Source: Octopus sinensis
Taxonomy: Eukaryota
Direction of reading: 5' to 3'
DNA length: 64,000 nucleotides
Assembly: GCF_006345805.1 (NCBI RefSeq)
Contig: NC_043007.1
Coordinates: 8,866,001-8,930,000 of the forward strand
Below, one piece after another: positions 13,302 to 25,914 of this stretch (positions within the stretch are counted from its first letter, which is position 1; every line of letters begins with the position of its first letter). Below the pieces are notes generated by a model. The model did not search any database. It saw only the letters and a list, made by a program, of their open reading frames with translations, and was not told the DNA's origin. The translations under genes were made by a program, and so were the position numbers.

Positions 13302-13594
13302 TAGATATACATACATACCAACATACAATCATACATAGATAGACAGATAGACAGACAAAATTCACTTTCTACGGACGAGGCCATTCCTAAAATAATTTAA
13401 TGTAAGTGGATTTCTGTCGTAACAAACGTATACACCTGGTGAGTTGCTGATTATTGCCTTGTATGCTAATGAGAAGTAAATTTTGCGTGAAGGAATTCCA
13501 GTTTGCAGCAAGATTTTCAACATGCATTGTTTACGAAACGCAATGATACCTTTGTGTATATGTACATGTGTGTGTTTGTGTCTGCGTATCTTAC

Positions 13595-13845
13595 TCTAAA
13601 CATACATGTGCACCTTCTCCTCGACTTAGGACCGACTGAGTTCCATACCGACTGACAGGTCTGACAGGTCGCCATGATAGATCGGTAGCCACTACACACA
13701 TTTGTTTCTCTCCTTGTTTCTCCCCTTGTTTTCTGTGTCCCTTTCTGTAGAAGAGCGTAGGCTTGAAAAGTAAAAGACTTTCTCTATTCCTGAGCGTTAT
13801 ACTAATACATCTGTTTGTTTTGTACACCACCTGTCTTCGTCTTTA
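13595..13845 (+). mobile_element. Probable Penelope-like terminal-repeat fragment with a degenerate hammerhead-like motif
   Basis: CTTT CTGTAGAA GAGC-GTAG-GCTT GAAA AGTA AAAG at 13741-13776; ends at a TA/TG microsatellite. Confidence 0.4.
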
Positions 13846-13861
13846 TATATATATATGTGTG

Positions 13862-13927
<66 letters not shown>

Positions 13928-14059
13928 TACATGTGTATGTATCCAACGAACGTCGACATAGTTTCCGTATATCTAACTGAATCACAAGTCTTAACTTTCT
14001 AGAGGTCGCAAGACAAGCTTTTTAACTACGGAAGCTATTATAATGAGTTTTACGGTACC

Positions 14060-14640
14060 AAGTTGGCAAAAACTTTAGCACGCCGGGCGAAATGCTTAAC
14101 AGTATTTTGTTACATCAACAGTGAAGATCTTGTAGTAATATCACATATCCGCTTGTTCAAATTCTACCGAGGTTGACTTTGCCTTTCATCCTTTCGGGGT
14201 CGATTAAATAAGTACCAGTTACGCACTGGGGTCGATATAATCGACTTAGTCCGTTTGTCTGTCCTTGTTCGTCCCCTCTGTGTTTAGCCCCTTGTGGGTA
14301 GTAAAGAAATAGGTATTTTGTCTGCTGCTACGTTCTGCGTTCAAATTTCGCCGAGGTCGACTTTGCCTTTCATCATTTCGGGGTCGATAAATTAAGTACC
14401 AGTTACGCACTGGGGTCGATATAATCGACTTAATCCGTTTGTCTGTCCTTGTTTGTCTGCTCTGTGTTTAGCCCCTTGTCAGTAGTAAAGAAAGAGGTAT
14501 CTGCCGCTACGTTCTGCGTTCAAATTTCGCCGAGGTCGACTTTGCCTTTCATCATTTCAGGTTCGATAAATTAAGTAGCAGTCGATGTAGTCGTCTAGTC
14601 CCCTCCCGCAAAATTTCAGGCCTTGTGCCTGTAGTAGAAA
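14060..14640 (+). mobile_element. SINE family B with internal tandem array (~180-184-bp period, 3 units)
   Basis: Head TTAGCACGCCGGGCGAAATGC; TTCAAATT recurs at 14156, 14340 and 14519; normal tail GGCCTTGTGCCTGTAGTAGAAAG. Confidence 0.9.
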
Positions 14641-15046
14641 GTGTTATTATAATGGGGTTTTTTTTCTTTGTATTTTATTACACTTTAATCTACAAATATT
14701 TTAATGTTGTTTGTGTTTTGTGTTGCTAAACAATAGTTAATGGCAAGTTTGATTTCGTCGGAATACATAAATAGACTAACAGCAATTCACTACTTAGGGT
14801 TGATATGCACAACCCTAACTCCTCTTTTTGTATTTGTGTTAGATGGAAACATTAACCTCTTTCTGGAAACATATTTTCGCGCAAATAACTCCACGAAATG
14901 TTTATATTACTTACATGACAATGGATATAAACAAAAGAAAGTCACGTGCATGCTGCGTTGTATGACCTATATAGATTTCATTCTGTGAATCGCGCCCCAG
15001 TATGCGTCGGTAAAAGGAAATATTTTGAATATACGCTTTAAATATA

Positions 15047-15457
15047 GGCGCAGGACTGGCTGTGTGGTAAGTAGCTTGCTAACCAACCACATGGTTCCGG
15101 GTTCAGTCCCACTGCGTGGCATCTTGGGCAAGTGTCTTCTGCTATAGCCTCGGGCCGACCAATGCCTTGTGAGTGGATTTGGTAGACGGAAACTGAAAGA
15201 AGCCTGTCGTATATATGTATATATATATATGTATGTGTGTGTGTTTGTGTGTCTGTGTTTGTTCCCCTAGCATTGCTTGACAACCGATGCTGGTGTGTTT
15301 ACGTCCCCGTCACTTAGCAGTTCGGCAAAAAGAGACCGATAGAATGAGTACTGGGCTTACAAAAAGAAAAAGTCCCGGGTCGAGTTGCTCGACTAAAAGG
15401 CGGTGCTCCAGCATGGCCGCAGTCAAATGACTGAAACAAGTAAAAGAGTAAAAGAGT
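15047..15457 (+). mobile_element. SINE family A, full length, young
   Basis: GGCGCAGGACTGGCTGTGTGG...GGTTCAGTCCC...GTAAAAGAGTAAAAGAG. Confidence 0.95.
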
Positions 15458-15505
15458 AAATATAAATTGACCTATTATTATAACAAGCTTAATTTTTATT
15501 CTACA

Positions 15506-15898
15506 CTAGCAGTATTGCCCGGCGTTGCTCGGGTTTGTTTCGACCCTTTAGAATTGGATATTTTTGAAAAGTAAAAATGTTGCATTATGTAGCTTGTCAT
15601 TCTCTTTAGGTGAACATTTTTCTGGTTGAAATACGCCAAAAAATGGCGACACACCAGACAAAAAATCGTAAAAAATAGGGATTTTCATAGAAAAAAAGCA
15701 CCTTTGTTATGTAAATAATTTTTGGTCTTAACATGGTCCGATTTGAATTTTATGTTCTACGGAATGAAGGGCAAGCCTTCTTCTATCATACTCTCAATTT
15801 TGGTCAACTTGCGCTGCAGGGTCTCGGATGAGATAGTGTTTATTGAAGGCTACCAAACCTGCCATACACAGACAACTTCAGCTTTATATAGAGAGAGA
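15506..15898 (-). mobile_element. Non-autonomous Helitron
   Basis: Minus strand starts A|TCTCTCTCTATATAAAGCTGAAGTTG and ends AAACCCGAGCAACGCCGGGCAATACTG-CTAG|T (subterminal hairpin, CTAG, A|T target). Confidence 0.85.
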
Positions 15899-16047
15899 TT
15901 AACCTATCATTGTAAGAAGCTTAATTTTTATTCTACATTCAGTTAAGATTAAATGACAGTAAACATGACTGATATGATTATAAAAAAAAATCTAATACAC
16001 TATAATATAGATACAATATTTCAGAAGTAAATACTACGTGAGCATCA

Positions 16048-16444
16048 TCTTTATATATAAAAGTGAAGTTGTGTGTCTGTCTCCTACGATTTAGATTCCT
16101 AACTACTCCCACATTTTGCGGTGCAGTTTAACCAAAACCGGGTATCTTATAGTCGTGATTCATATCGAGCCCTTCTGGGTATTAGCGCGCGTCTACGATG
16201 AGTCTAGGATTTAAAAAAAAAATTACCATAATTTTTTTCCATTTTAATGCATTTTTTCGCTTTTATATAACGGAAGTAACTCTCTAAAAATGTCTACGAT
16301 GAGTCAACGATTTAAAAAAAAATTTACCATAATTTTTTTCCATTTTTAATGCATCTTTTTGCTATTTCTTGGCTATAAGTCTCTAAAAATGCTTATATAG
16401 TTATTTCCCTTACAAACCCGAGCAACGCCGGGCGATACTGCTAG
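16048..16444 (+). mobile_element. Non-autonomous Helitron with ~95-bp internal duplication
   Basis: A|TCTTTATATATAAAAGTGAAGTTGTGTGTCTGTC...AAACCCGAGCAACGCCGGGCGATACTG-CTAG|T. Confidence 0.88.
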
Positions 16445-16844
16445 TTTAAAATAAAAGTAAAGCCTTTGTATTGTATAATTATCTGTCAACAGTACCTTTC
16501 GTTTTTTTTTCGGATACTCTTTCATATATTAGCAGATTAATATATTTAGAAAACTGTCATTTAAATGTTTTATGTGATATTTGGATAAGTCATGAAATAG
16601 AGGTGAATAGTAGGAACTTTGCATCCCAACTGCAGAGGTTCCGGTTGCGTGGCTATTTGACCAAATGTCTCCAACTGTACCGAGTGTCGACCAAAGACCT
16701 CCAAGTGGGTAAATGTATTCGGAAGACAGATGCTGACAGAAACCCGCGTATACTCATACTCAAGCTTATGCGTGTATGTTTATATATATATATGTTATAT
16801 ATTATATATATATACACATATATATATGTATGTATAATATGTAT

Positions 16845-16888
<44 letters not shown>

Positions 16889-16958
16889 ATATATATATAT
16901 GATATATATATATATATACACACACATATATATGTATGTATGTATGTATGTAAGTAGA

Positions 16959-17019
<61 letters not shown>

Positions 17020-17024
17020 CTGAT

Positions 17025-17170
17025 GCAGCACGGATTTTTGTCAGTGAACAGGTCGCGGTCTTAAAGTGACGAAAATATTTTGACAAATTAAACTTAAATG
17101 TAGAAGTGAATCGAACGGCTTTTGTGTTTCTTAAATGGCTTACAAACACCTTCCACGCTGCAATTGTTTA
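17025..17170 (+). mobile_element. Short repeat (probable Penelope-like terminal repeat) beginning with a variant hammerhead
   Basis: Starts just after (TA)n; homologous to 61308-61445 (minus), ending AAACACCTTCCACGCTGCAATTG. Confidence 0.7.
17037..17087 (+). ncRNA. Type-I hammerhead-like motif with G3:C8 core variant
   Basis: TTTGTCA GTGAACA G GTCGC-GGTCTTAAA-GTGAC GAA AATATT T TGACAAA. Confidence 0.7.
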
Positions 17171-17670
17171 TATATATACTAATATACTAATACTAATACA
17201 GAGTACTACGTGGTTTTTAGAGCCATTTGACATCTATTTCTAGCGTGCTGGTGCGAGGGATTTATCTGCACCCTTTAATATAATTATATTATATAATTAT
17301 ATATTAGTATATGATTTTATTAAATGCCGTCCACTTGATAAAATAATTAAAATGGTTTTATCTTTAATTTTGTAAAAATATTTAATTTTCTACTCCTAAT
17401 CAAATTACTTTCGATGCAATATTATTTTGTTCGTAGAAATACGTGGTTGAGATGAGAAAATTTGATTTAACTAGTGTATACATGTAAATGTATGTTTACA
17501 ATGGTGCGGGTATATGTTTTTCGTATGGGTGTGTATAAATATTTTCATTTATATACTATAAGCATATTCTACAGATGACGGCAATGGGTTTTACAACCTT
17601 AAGCCACAAATCGATCAACAATTAACCATTTAAGAAAAAAAATCTTATTCATTTATTCCTTACAACTTGT

Positions 17671-18315
17671 GAGGTCGACTTTGCCTTTCATCCTTTCAGG
17701 GTCGATAAATTAAGTACCAGTTACGCACTGGGGTCCATAAAATAGACTTAATCATCTGTTTGTCTGACCTTGTTTGTCCCCTCTGTGGGTAGTAAAGAAA
17801 TAGCTATTTCATCTGCCGTTACGTTCTGAGTTCAAATTCCGCCGAGGTCGACATTCGAGGTCGATTAAATAAGTACCAGTTACGCACTGGGGTCGATGTA
17901 ATCAACTTAATCCGTTTGTCTGTCCTTCTTTGTCCTCTCTGTGTTTAGCCCCTTGTGGCTAGTAAAGAAATAGGTATTTCGTCGGTCATTATGTTCTGAG
18001 TTCAAATTCCGCTGATGTCGACTTAGCCTTTCATCCTTTCGGGGTCAATTAAATAAGTCCCAGTTACGCACGGGGGTCTATATAATCGATTTAATCCGTT
18101 TGTCTGTCCTTGTTTGTCCTCTCTGTGTTTAGCCCCTTGTGGGTAGTAAAGAAATAGGTATTTCATCAGTCGTTACGTTCTGAGTTCAAATTCCACCTTT
18201 CATCCTTTCGGGGTCCATAAATTACGCACCAGTTGCGCCCTGGAGCCGATCTAATCGACTGGCCCGCCTCTCTAAAAATTTCCGCTCTTGAACCTAGAAT
18301 AGAAGAGAATATTTT
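17671..18315 (+). mobile_element. SINE family B tandem array (about 4 partial or complete units)
   Basis: TTCAAATTCC at 17831, 18001 and 18185; same unit junction (GAAATAGGTATTT) as the 14060 array. Confidence 0.9.
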
Positions 18316-19111
18316 TGTTTCAGCCCTAAGGGAATATAAGTCTAAGTTAGTCGTTGTGATAGTGTTGACGCTTCACCACTACCATGACTACGAACGTTAT
18401 TTCTTCTTTTACTTAACTATAAATTTAGTAGGTGAGTCAAGGGAGAGGAGTCACAACTAGACGAAATCTCCAAGCTGTTTAAATGCACAAGTCTCCGATA
18501 TCCAAGTGGCAAAAAAGGGTCAGCAGAACGGCATTGAGCTGGATGCATCCCGGCCCAACTGGCGTATAAGTTAAGGATCGAAGCACTTGTCTAGGGTGAG
18601 TTTTCTTTTCTGATGACCTTCTACTTTGCAGCTCTCTTGGGAGTTTCTTACCGCAGTCAAGGAGAATTAGTCTAGATGTCAGATATACTTGCAGTGAAAG
18701 CGTTAGATTTTCAGAAAGCAATTGCTTGTCTTCATATGGAGATCTGTATTATATACATAGCTTCCTTTCAACCATTCCATGTTTTTAGTCTGTCTTTGAA
18801 ATTATCTTCAGTATTAATTCATAAGATTGTTGCTTGGCAATCTATTAAAATTGACATTGTATCTTTAAATATTTATGCCAACTTCATAACATAATATTGT
18901 ATTTATATTACGCTGCCTTGTGAAATAAGTTTAACAACGCACAGATGCTGATTACTTGACAGACACTCGGAGAAGATGATGCGCACATATACACATCTAC
19001 ATATATGTGGAGTGGTGTGTGGGGTGCCTAACTGAAGTTGTATTTACAGTGGCCAAAATGAATATTGTACTTTTATACTAAGTTCATGCATAAACTGTGA
19101 TGTTGTGATGT

Positions 19112-19180
<69 letters not shown>

Positions 19181-19419
19181 TGTATGTGTGTTTTTGTGTG
19201 TGTCTAAAACAATTGCAGCGTTGAAGACATAACTTAACTATTTAGAAACAGATATAGATCATTAATTTCACTTGAACATTAATTATTTGTAATATGCTGT
19301 CAAACTTATCGTCGCTGGAAACTGCGAGGACGAGAATATCTGAGTGGAGGTTGCATAAGCCCAACCAAGTTCGAGGATGAGGGGCCTTTAGAGTAGCTGT
19401 AAAAATGACTGAGGGGGAG

Positions 19420-20490
19420 GACAGTGCTCCTGTGGGTCTGAGCTTGAAGTGTGTTTGGTCATTGAATGTTTAAATGCCAATAAGTCGGTAGACTATTTTC
19501 TCCTTAAAGCATAACAGGAGCCTCTAATGTGAGATGTCCATTGTGAGACCTCACCTGAGCTTTGTAATGTTAAGAATTGTTCTAGGATGAAGGGTTTTCT
19601 GATAGATTCTAGGACAGGGTCTTAGCTACTTTAAAGATATGCTTTAGTCAAAAATGATATTCGATGATATTTTGGCCCAACATTTTGAGCAGTCGACAGG
19701 GGTCTTTCTGCTGGAAGCTCATGTCTGAAAGGGACGGGGGTGCAATGATATTTTCTTGATATAATTAGCGTTTGTGTTTCCTTGCTATTGAATGAAAGAA
19801 AATTTATATATCTCCTTCGGAAGATACATTTGACGCCTCTCTTCATGGAATAGATGAGGGTTAGAAAAATGTTGCGTAGGCTGCGAGCAGATGTCGAATA
19901 TTTGGTGAAGTTTAGGGTAGAAGGACGTCTAGTGTCGGCTAAGTAAAAGATAAGGGCATTAGAGTAATATATGATACAGAATATAAAAATGGAAGTAGTG
20001 GAGAAAAATGAAGCAAAAAACATACCATATTTGAGAGAATGCCAGCCGATACCATAATGGAATTTAGTAAAATCTCATTCAAATTATGAAAGTGGAAAGG
20101 CAAGCATTGGAACATAATTACAAGTAGGGGAGCTTAAGGGCGGGCAGTAGAATGTATAGGCAGACAGGCAAGACTGTTGGCAGGGAGTGGAGCCTATAGA
20201 CATGTAGTTTGGATGCTACGTGCGGCCGAATTTTGGATGCTGATGAAAACGAAAACATTCCTTTCGTCTCTATATATAAGAGGCCACTGGTAACGACATA
20301 AGGGAATCAGTCACAAATGGTTGTTAAGAAGATAGAGATTCAGTTGTTGGCAGGACATAGTACCTAATGGGTGTCTTCGTTACATAAAAGGCACTGGAAC
20401 TGAATAAAAGTAAGCAGAATCAGCGGGATTGTTTCAAAATAGGAGAATAAATATATGTAGACTGGGACAAATTGAGAAGTGGTAGGGATT
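19420..20490 (-). pseudogene. Heavily degraded CR1/L2-group LINE reverse-transcriptase region
   Basis: Fragments across frames: FLSFNSKETQTLIISRK (cf. LVSFNASKTQ), KHIFKVAK, YKAQVR, YLADT. Confidence 0.5.
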
Positions 20491-20667
20491 GGAACTCACA
20501 AAGAGAAATGAAATAAAACTCTGTGAAGCAAGTTGGGAAGATTTAATAATACTACCACTCAACACTCGAGAAATATTGCAATTATCATTATTATTTTCTT
20601 TATTAATACTATTATTTTTGTTCTTGTTGTTTCTGTAACTTTATTAATAATGATAATGACGATCATA

Positions 20668-20698
<31 letters not shown>

Positions 20699-20869
20699 CA
20701 TACATACATATACGTATTCGTAATATATATACATACATATACATACATATATACACACATACATATATGCATATGAATAAATATATAGCACATATGTATA
20801 TATGTGCGTTTGTGTGTAATGAATATATGCAGCTATATAAGTATGCATATATATATGTATGTATGTATG

Positions 20870-20923
<54 letters not shown>

Positions 20924-20942
20924 CATACATATATATATATAC

Positions 20943-20980
<38 letters not shown>

Positions 20981-20981
20981 G

Positions 20982-21020
<39 letters not shown>

Positions 21021-21047
21021 GTGTGTGTGTGTATATATCTATATGTT

Positions 21048-21079
<32 letters not shown>

Positions 21080-21783
21080 GAGGAAGTTCAAACTAGCAGA
21101 GAAATCATGTTTATTGATAGAGCACCACAAATAAATGTACAATGATTCTTCCTTTATCACAATACCAACAACAACAACAACACCAACAATACCAACAACT
21201 ACAACATCATCAACACATAAGATACTGAGTTTACTGCAACCAAATGAACACAGATAAGAAATCTGATAAATACAATATGGTGTGCATAAACTCAGCTGAT
21301 AACCTACACGTATAGGTTTCATATAAAAACCTTAATCTTTATGCCAATTCGGACTATAATCAAATCGAACAGTTAAATGCCTAGGGAGACAGCCGTGAAC
21401 CATTATAGTAACATGCCAAAATTATCTATTGATATAAATATTTAATTTCTGACATTGATATGTGGCTACCAACTCGTAATTCGTAGAAGTTTTGTAGTGT
21501 GGAGCGTGCAGGGGATAAGGGTAGTAGTTTTCTGTTTTTGTTTCTTTGTTTTTTTTTAGATGATTTAATTGACCCTAATAATTGCTTGGTATTTATTTAA
21601 TCGATTCTTGTTGTCTACTGGGGTGATGAAAGGCGATTTTGACCTTGACAAGATTTGAACATGGATGCATAGTACTACGGAATATAATTTAAATAATGTA
21701 TCAACTCCAGTTCACGACTACATCATATGTGTATATATGTGTGTGTGTGTCTGTCTATGTCTATGTGCATAGTTAGACTGATA

Positions 21784-22365
21784 TCTATGTATATAAAACT
21801 GAGAATGTGTGTCTGTCTGTCTGTCTGTGTGAATCCCTAAAACTTCAGAACTAAACAACTAATTTCATTCAAATTTTACACATACCTTATTTAGGCTCCA
21901 TGTAGTGTCATGGGCAAAAACACTTTTAACCGTTGGCCTAGAGCGAGACCTCAGCAATATCCTATCTTCTCCAATATTTCAGTATTACGTGTCAAAAGTG
22001 AAACAAAAACATCTCTCTATTGTAATGTCACATACTTTCACTTTAATACTGAAACTAATAAAGTGAAACTGAACTGTAACTGGACATCCCTTATGCTAGA
22101 AGAAGATCCGCTATGGTTTATATGCCACATGTATATATATATAATAATAAAAATAATTTAAATAATCTATATATATAAAACTGACAATGTGTGTCTGTCT
22201 GTCTGTTTCTGTGAATTTCTAAAACTTAAGAAAAACACAACCAATTTCATTCAAATTTTACACATGCCTTACTTAGGGTCCATGTAGTATATATAACAGG
22301 GATGAACTGTAACTGGACATCCATTATGCTACAAGAAGATCCGATATGGCCTTATATGCTACAAT
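21784..22365 (+). mobile_element. Two tandem 5' fragments of a Helitron-like non-autonomous element (21784-22130, 22166-22365)
   Basis: Both start A|TCTAT(G/A)TATATAAAACTGA...(GTCT)n and share downstream blocks; no hairpin-CTAG end seen. Confidence 0.65.
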
Positions 22366-22431
22366 ACTGGTTTTAAATTCATATTAATCAAATTAGCATT
22401 CAATTTTTCACCCTTATTTTAAATTTTAATT

Positions 22432-22501
<70 letters not shown>

Positions 22502-22762
22502 AAGATAGATAGATAGATATAGATATAGATGTATACATATAGATGTATATATATATATATATATATATACATACATGTATATGTGGATGTATATATATAT
22601 ATACATGTATATATATAGATGTATATGTATACATGTATATGTATATATGTATGTGTAGATGTATATATAGATGTACATGTAATATGGACACATATATATA
22701 CACATATATACATGCATACATATATACACCCATACACACATATACACACACAAACACATGCA

Positions 22763-23090
22763 TAGGTGCAGGTGTGGCTGTGTGGTAACAAACTTCGTTC
22801 CAAAACACATGGCCCTGAGTTCAGTCCCACTGTATGGTAACTTAGCATTGTCTTCTGCTATAGCCTCAGACCAACAAAGCCTTGTCAGTGGATTTTGTAG
22901 ACAGAAACTGAAAGAAATCAATTGTATATATATGTATGTATGTATATATGTAAGTCTATGTGTGTGTCTTTGTGTTTCTTCCTCGTCCTTGCTTCACAAC
23001 TGGTGTTTGTTTATTTACATCCCCATAACTTACTGGTTTCACAAGAAGAAACTGATAGAATAAGTACCAGGCTTATCAAAATAAAAAAAA
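22763..23090 (+). mobile_element. SINE family A, diverged
   Basis: GGTGCAGGTGTGGCTGTGTGGT...GAGTTCAGTCCCACTG; body recognisable. Confidence 0.8.
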
Positions 23091-23151
23091 AACACTAGGC
23101 AGTGTCTCATATTTTTGTTTGCCCACTCAGTAGTATATATCAATTTATCTT

Positions 23152-23182
<31 letters not shown>

Positions 23183-23215
23183 GCGTATACGTACATATAC
23201 TACATATATATATAT

Positions 23216-23266
<51 letters not shown>

Positions 23267-23269
23267 TGG

Positions 23270-24082
23270 TTCGTTTCAAAGTCAATTCGATGGATTTCCT
23301 TCCCAGTCTCACTATACGCACAACATCGTTTTACGCGGATGAAGATCTTGTTTCACGCGCGGCGTCTCTTGTTTACCGAGGCTAAGCCATTCCCTACGCT
23401 GCTTCATACTGATGTACAGGCACCAATTTTCGCCGCCAGTAACGATTTGGTAAAGAAATCGTTGCTTGAGTCCATGAGTTGAGCGGTGACAAGCAAGCAA
23501 ACCAGCGGAGATTGTGGCTCGTTGATTTTTGTTGTTGTCATTCAAATCATGCGGAACCCATGATCCATACTTCTGAATCTTTCCCATCGAGTGAAGATGC
23601 TTCTCTAAAGAAGTGTGGGAGCATTCCATTTTCTCTACCAGCTCCCTTGTCGTTTGACGAGAATATTCGTGGAAAAGTTGGTTTAATCGCTCTTCATCGA
23701 ACTCAACTGGACGGCCAGAACTAGGGGTGTGTTTGACGTCAAAATTTCCATTTTTGAACTTGGCATACGAATCACGAGTGGTTCTTTCAGCTATGGCCCC
23801 TCACTATACACAACAGAAATCTCGCGAGCAGCTTTTACAGCCTTAGAACCTTGATTAAAAACTAAAAGAATGAGGTGTCGAAAATGCTCGTTTTTCTTAA
23901 CTTGACATTCCATTTTAATGATCTGAAAATAAACAAAAATTAACTAAAATTAACTTGGAAAAAAGAAGACAATAGATTCCAAAATAGAATTCTCGAAAAA
24001 AAAAATGATTCCAAAATTTAAAAACGCAATAAATTCCGAAATTTAAAAAGAAAACGGCGAGAATTTAGTTGCCAACCCAATA
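23270..24082 (-). mobile_element. Mariner transposon 5' half with decayed transposase (ATG 23913)
   Basis: TIR TATTGGGTTGGCAACTAAAT; MECQVKKNEHFRHL...SGRPVEFDEE...KYGSWVPHDL...IVTGGENW...LHPRKTMLCV; 3' part lost at (TA)n. Confidence 0.9.
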
Positions 24083-24718
24083 TGAAAGCTTTTCCAGGAT
24101 TTAAATGGTTACACGTTTTATTGCCACCAGAACAACGAGAGGTAAAGTTCTATCGGTGCCATTTGAAATCTTTTCTGAAACATATGATTCCGTACCTTCC
24201 AGTTTCATATTTGATGTTCTACCGATTCTGCCTTTCAGTAACTTTATTTGTAAGTGGTATTCTGCTGATCTGTCCCTCGAATGTTTACAATATCCAAAGT
24301 GTTCAATGTACCAATAAAGCGAAATATTAAGCGGAAATTCCATTGTTTAAGTGACATCTGTTATTGAAGAGGCTTCATCGCTTATGATCATCATCTTAAT
24401 AATTTAGCTGTATTTACGTGAGATAATTTTGTCGCGTATGTTTAAGTGTATGCGATTGCGTGTGAGTGGGTTTGTCTGTTGGACGTGCATATGTGCCTGA
24501 TAGACAGATAGAGCGAGTGAGACTCTGTGTGTGTGTGTGTGGTGTGTATGTGCATGTGCGTCTGTGTGTGTATGTTTGTGTGTGTGTGTGTGTGTATGTG
24601 TGGCTTTATGATCCTCGGTTGCTCTTGTGCAGACAGATTTAAGAGAGCTTTCGGATAGATCGCAGACATAGATTCAGATATGCAAGTGACCATTCATAAA
24701 TATGAGGCACATGCACAT

Positions 24719-24761
<43 letters not shown>

Positions 24762-25349
24762 CACACACACACATTCAAACACACACACAATCACACGCAC
24801 ACAAATACACGCACAAACGTGCACATACGTACATACACAGAAATATATGATATATCTATTAGCAATATATATGAGTGCTACGAATGTATATGTGTGAACC
24901 GATGTGTAATGTGCTGATGTGTATATGTGTATTCACGTGTGAGTGCGCGGGGTGTGCGTGCGTGTGATAGCGAGAGACAGAGAGAGAGAGAGTGTGGGGG
25001 AACGAGACATACAGACAGACGGGCGGAGAGAGGAAAGGAAACGTCGGTGTGTGTGTGTGTGTGTGCGTATGCAATTATATTAGCAGCTTTATAAATGGAC
25101 GCCAATTTCTGTATCCTGTCGCACAATCTTCATCAATAACAAATCAATATTTAATTAACCTTGAACACATAAATTTAATATCATCAATCTATCAAGATTA
25201 TGCTTTGGTTAAATTTTCATATTAGATTTCCACACTTTTAATTTCTGTATCTTCGTCCGCGTTAATTTTTCGTCCGCGTTAATTTTCGAAGGAATCTCTT
25301 CCGAAATTCTACCGAGTTTAGAGGAATTCTCATCGCTACTGAATCTATA

Positions 25350-25461
25350 ACGTACATACATCATCACTGCCATTATTATCATCATCATCATGGTCGCCGT
25401 CATCGTCGTCGTCGTCATCATCATCATCATCATCATCACATCATCATCGTCGTCGTCGTCG

Positions 25462-25499
<38 letters not shown>

Positions 25500-25515
25500 G
25501 TCGTCGTCGTCGTCG

Positions 25516-25550
<35 letters not shown>

Positions 25551-25566
25551 GTCATCGTCGTCGTCG

Positions 25567-25614
<48 letters not shown>

Positions 25615-25685
25615 CCATCATCACCACCATCATCATCATCATCATCATCATCGTCGTCGTCGTCGTCGTCGTCGTCATCATCATC

Positions 25686-25723
<38 letters not shown>

Positions 25724-25910
25724 GTCGTCGTCGTCGTCGTCGTTGTCATCATCATCATCATCATCATCATCGTCATTGTCGCCGTTATTATTGTCGTCGT
25801 CGTCGGTGACCTCGTCATCGTCATCATCGTCGTTGTCGTCATTACCTTCAGCAGTAGCGCCATCATCATCATCATCATCGTCGTAATCGTCGTCATCATC
25901 ATTATCATTA
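25350..25910. repeat. (CAT)n/(CGT)n microsatellite mosaic
   Basis: Direct reading. Confidence 0.95.
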
Positions 25911-25914
25911 CCGT

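Noticed and set aside
14150-14640. Regular repeats as a CRISPR-like array
   Set aside because: Units repeat throughout with no unique spacers and are SINE-derived; eukaryotic context.
15038-15283. Recurrent peptide [11 protein letters not shown]...DTCPRCHAVGLNPEPCGW (also 34204 N-terminus, 52054, 46436)
   Set aside because: Antisense translation of SINE family A, not a gene family.
18400-18720. Two AG|GTGAGT donor-like sites and short ORFs
   Set aside because: No consistent acceptor or open frame links them.
20235-20265. CTGATGAAAACGAAAAC minimal hammerhead-like string
   Set aside because: Stem II cannot pair and flanks do not form stem I; it lies in a decayed LINE.
24082-24343. Overlapping 70-82-aa ORFs next to a mariner TIR
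   Set aside because: No recognisable motif or convincing splice sites.
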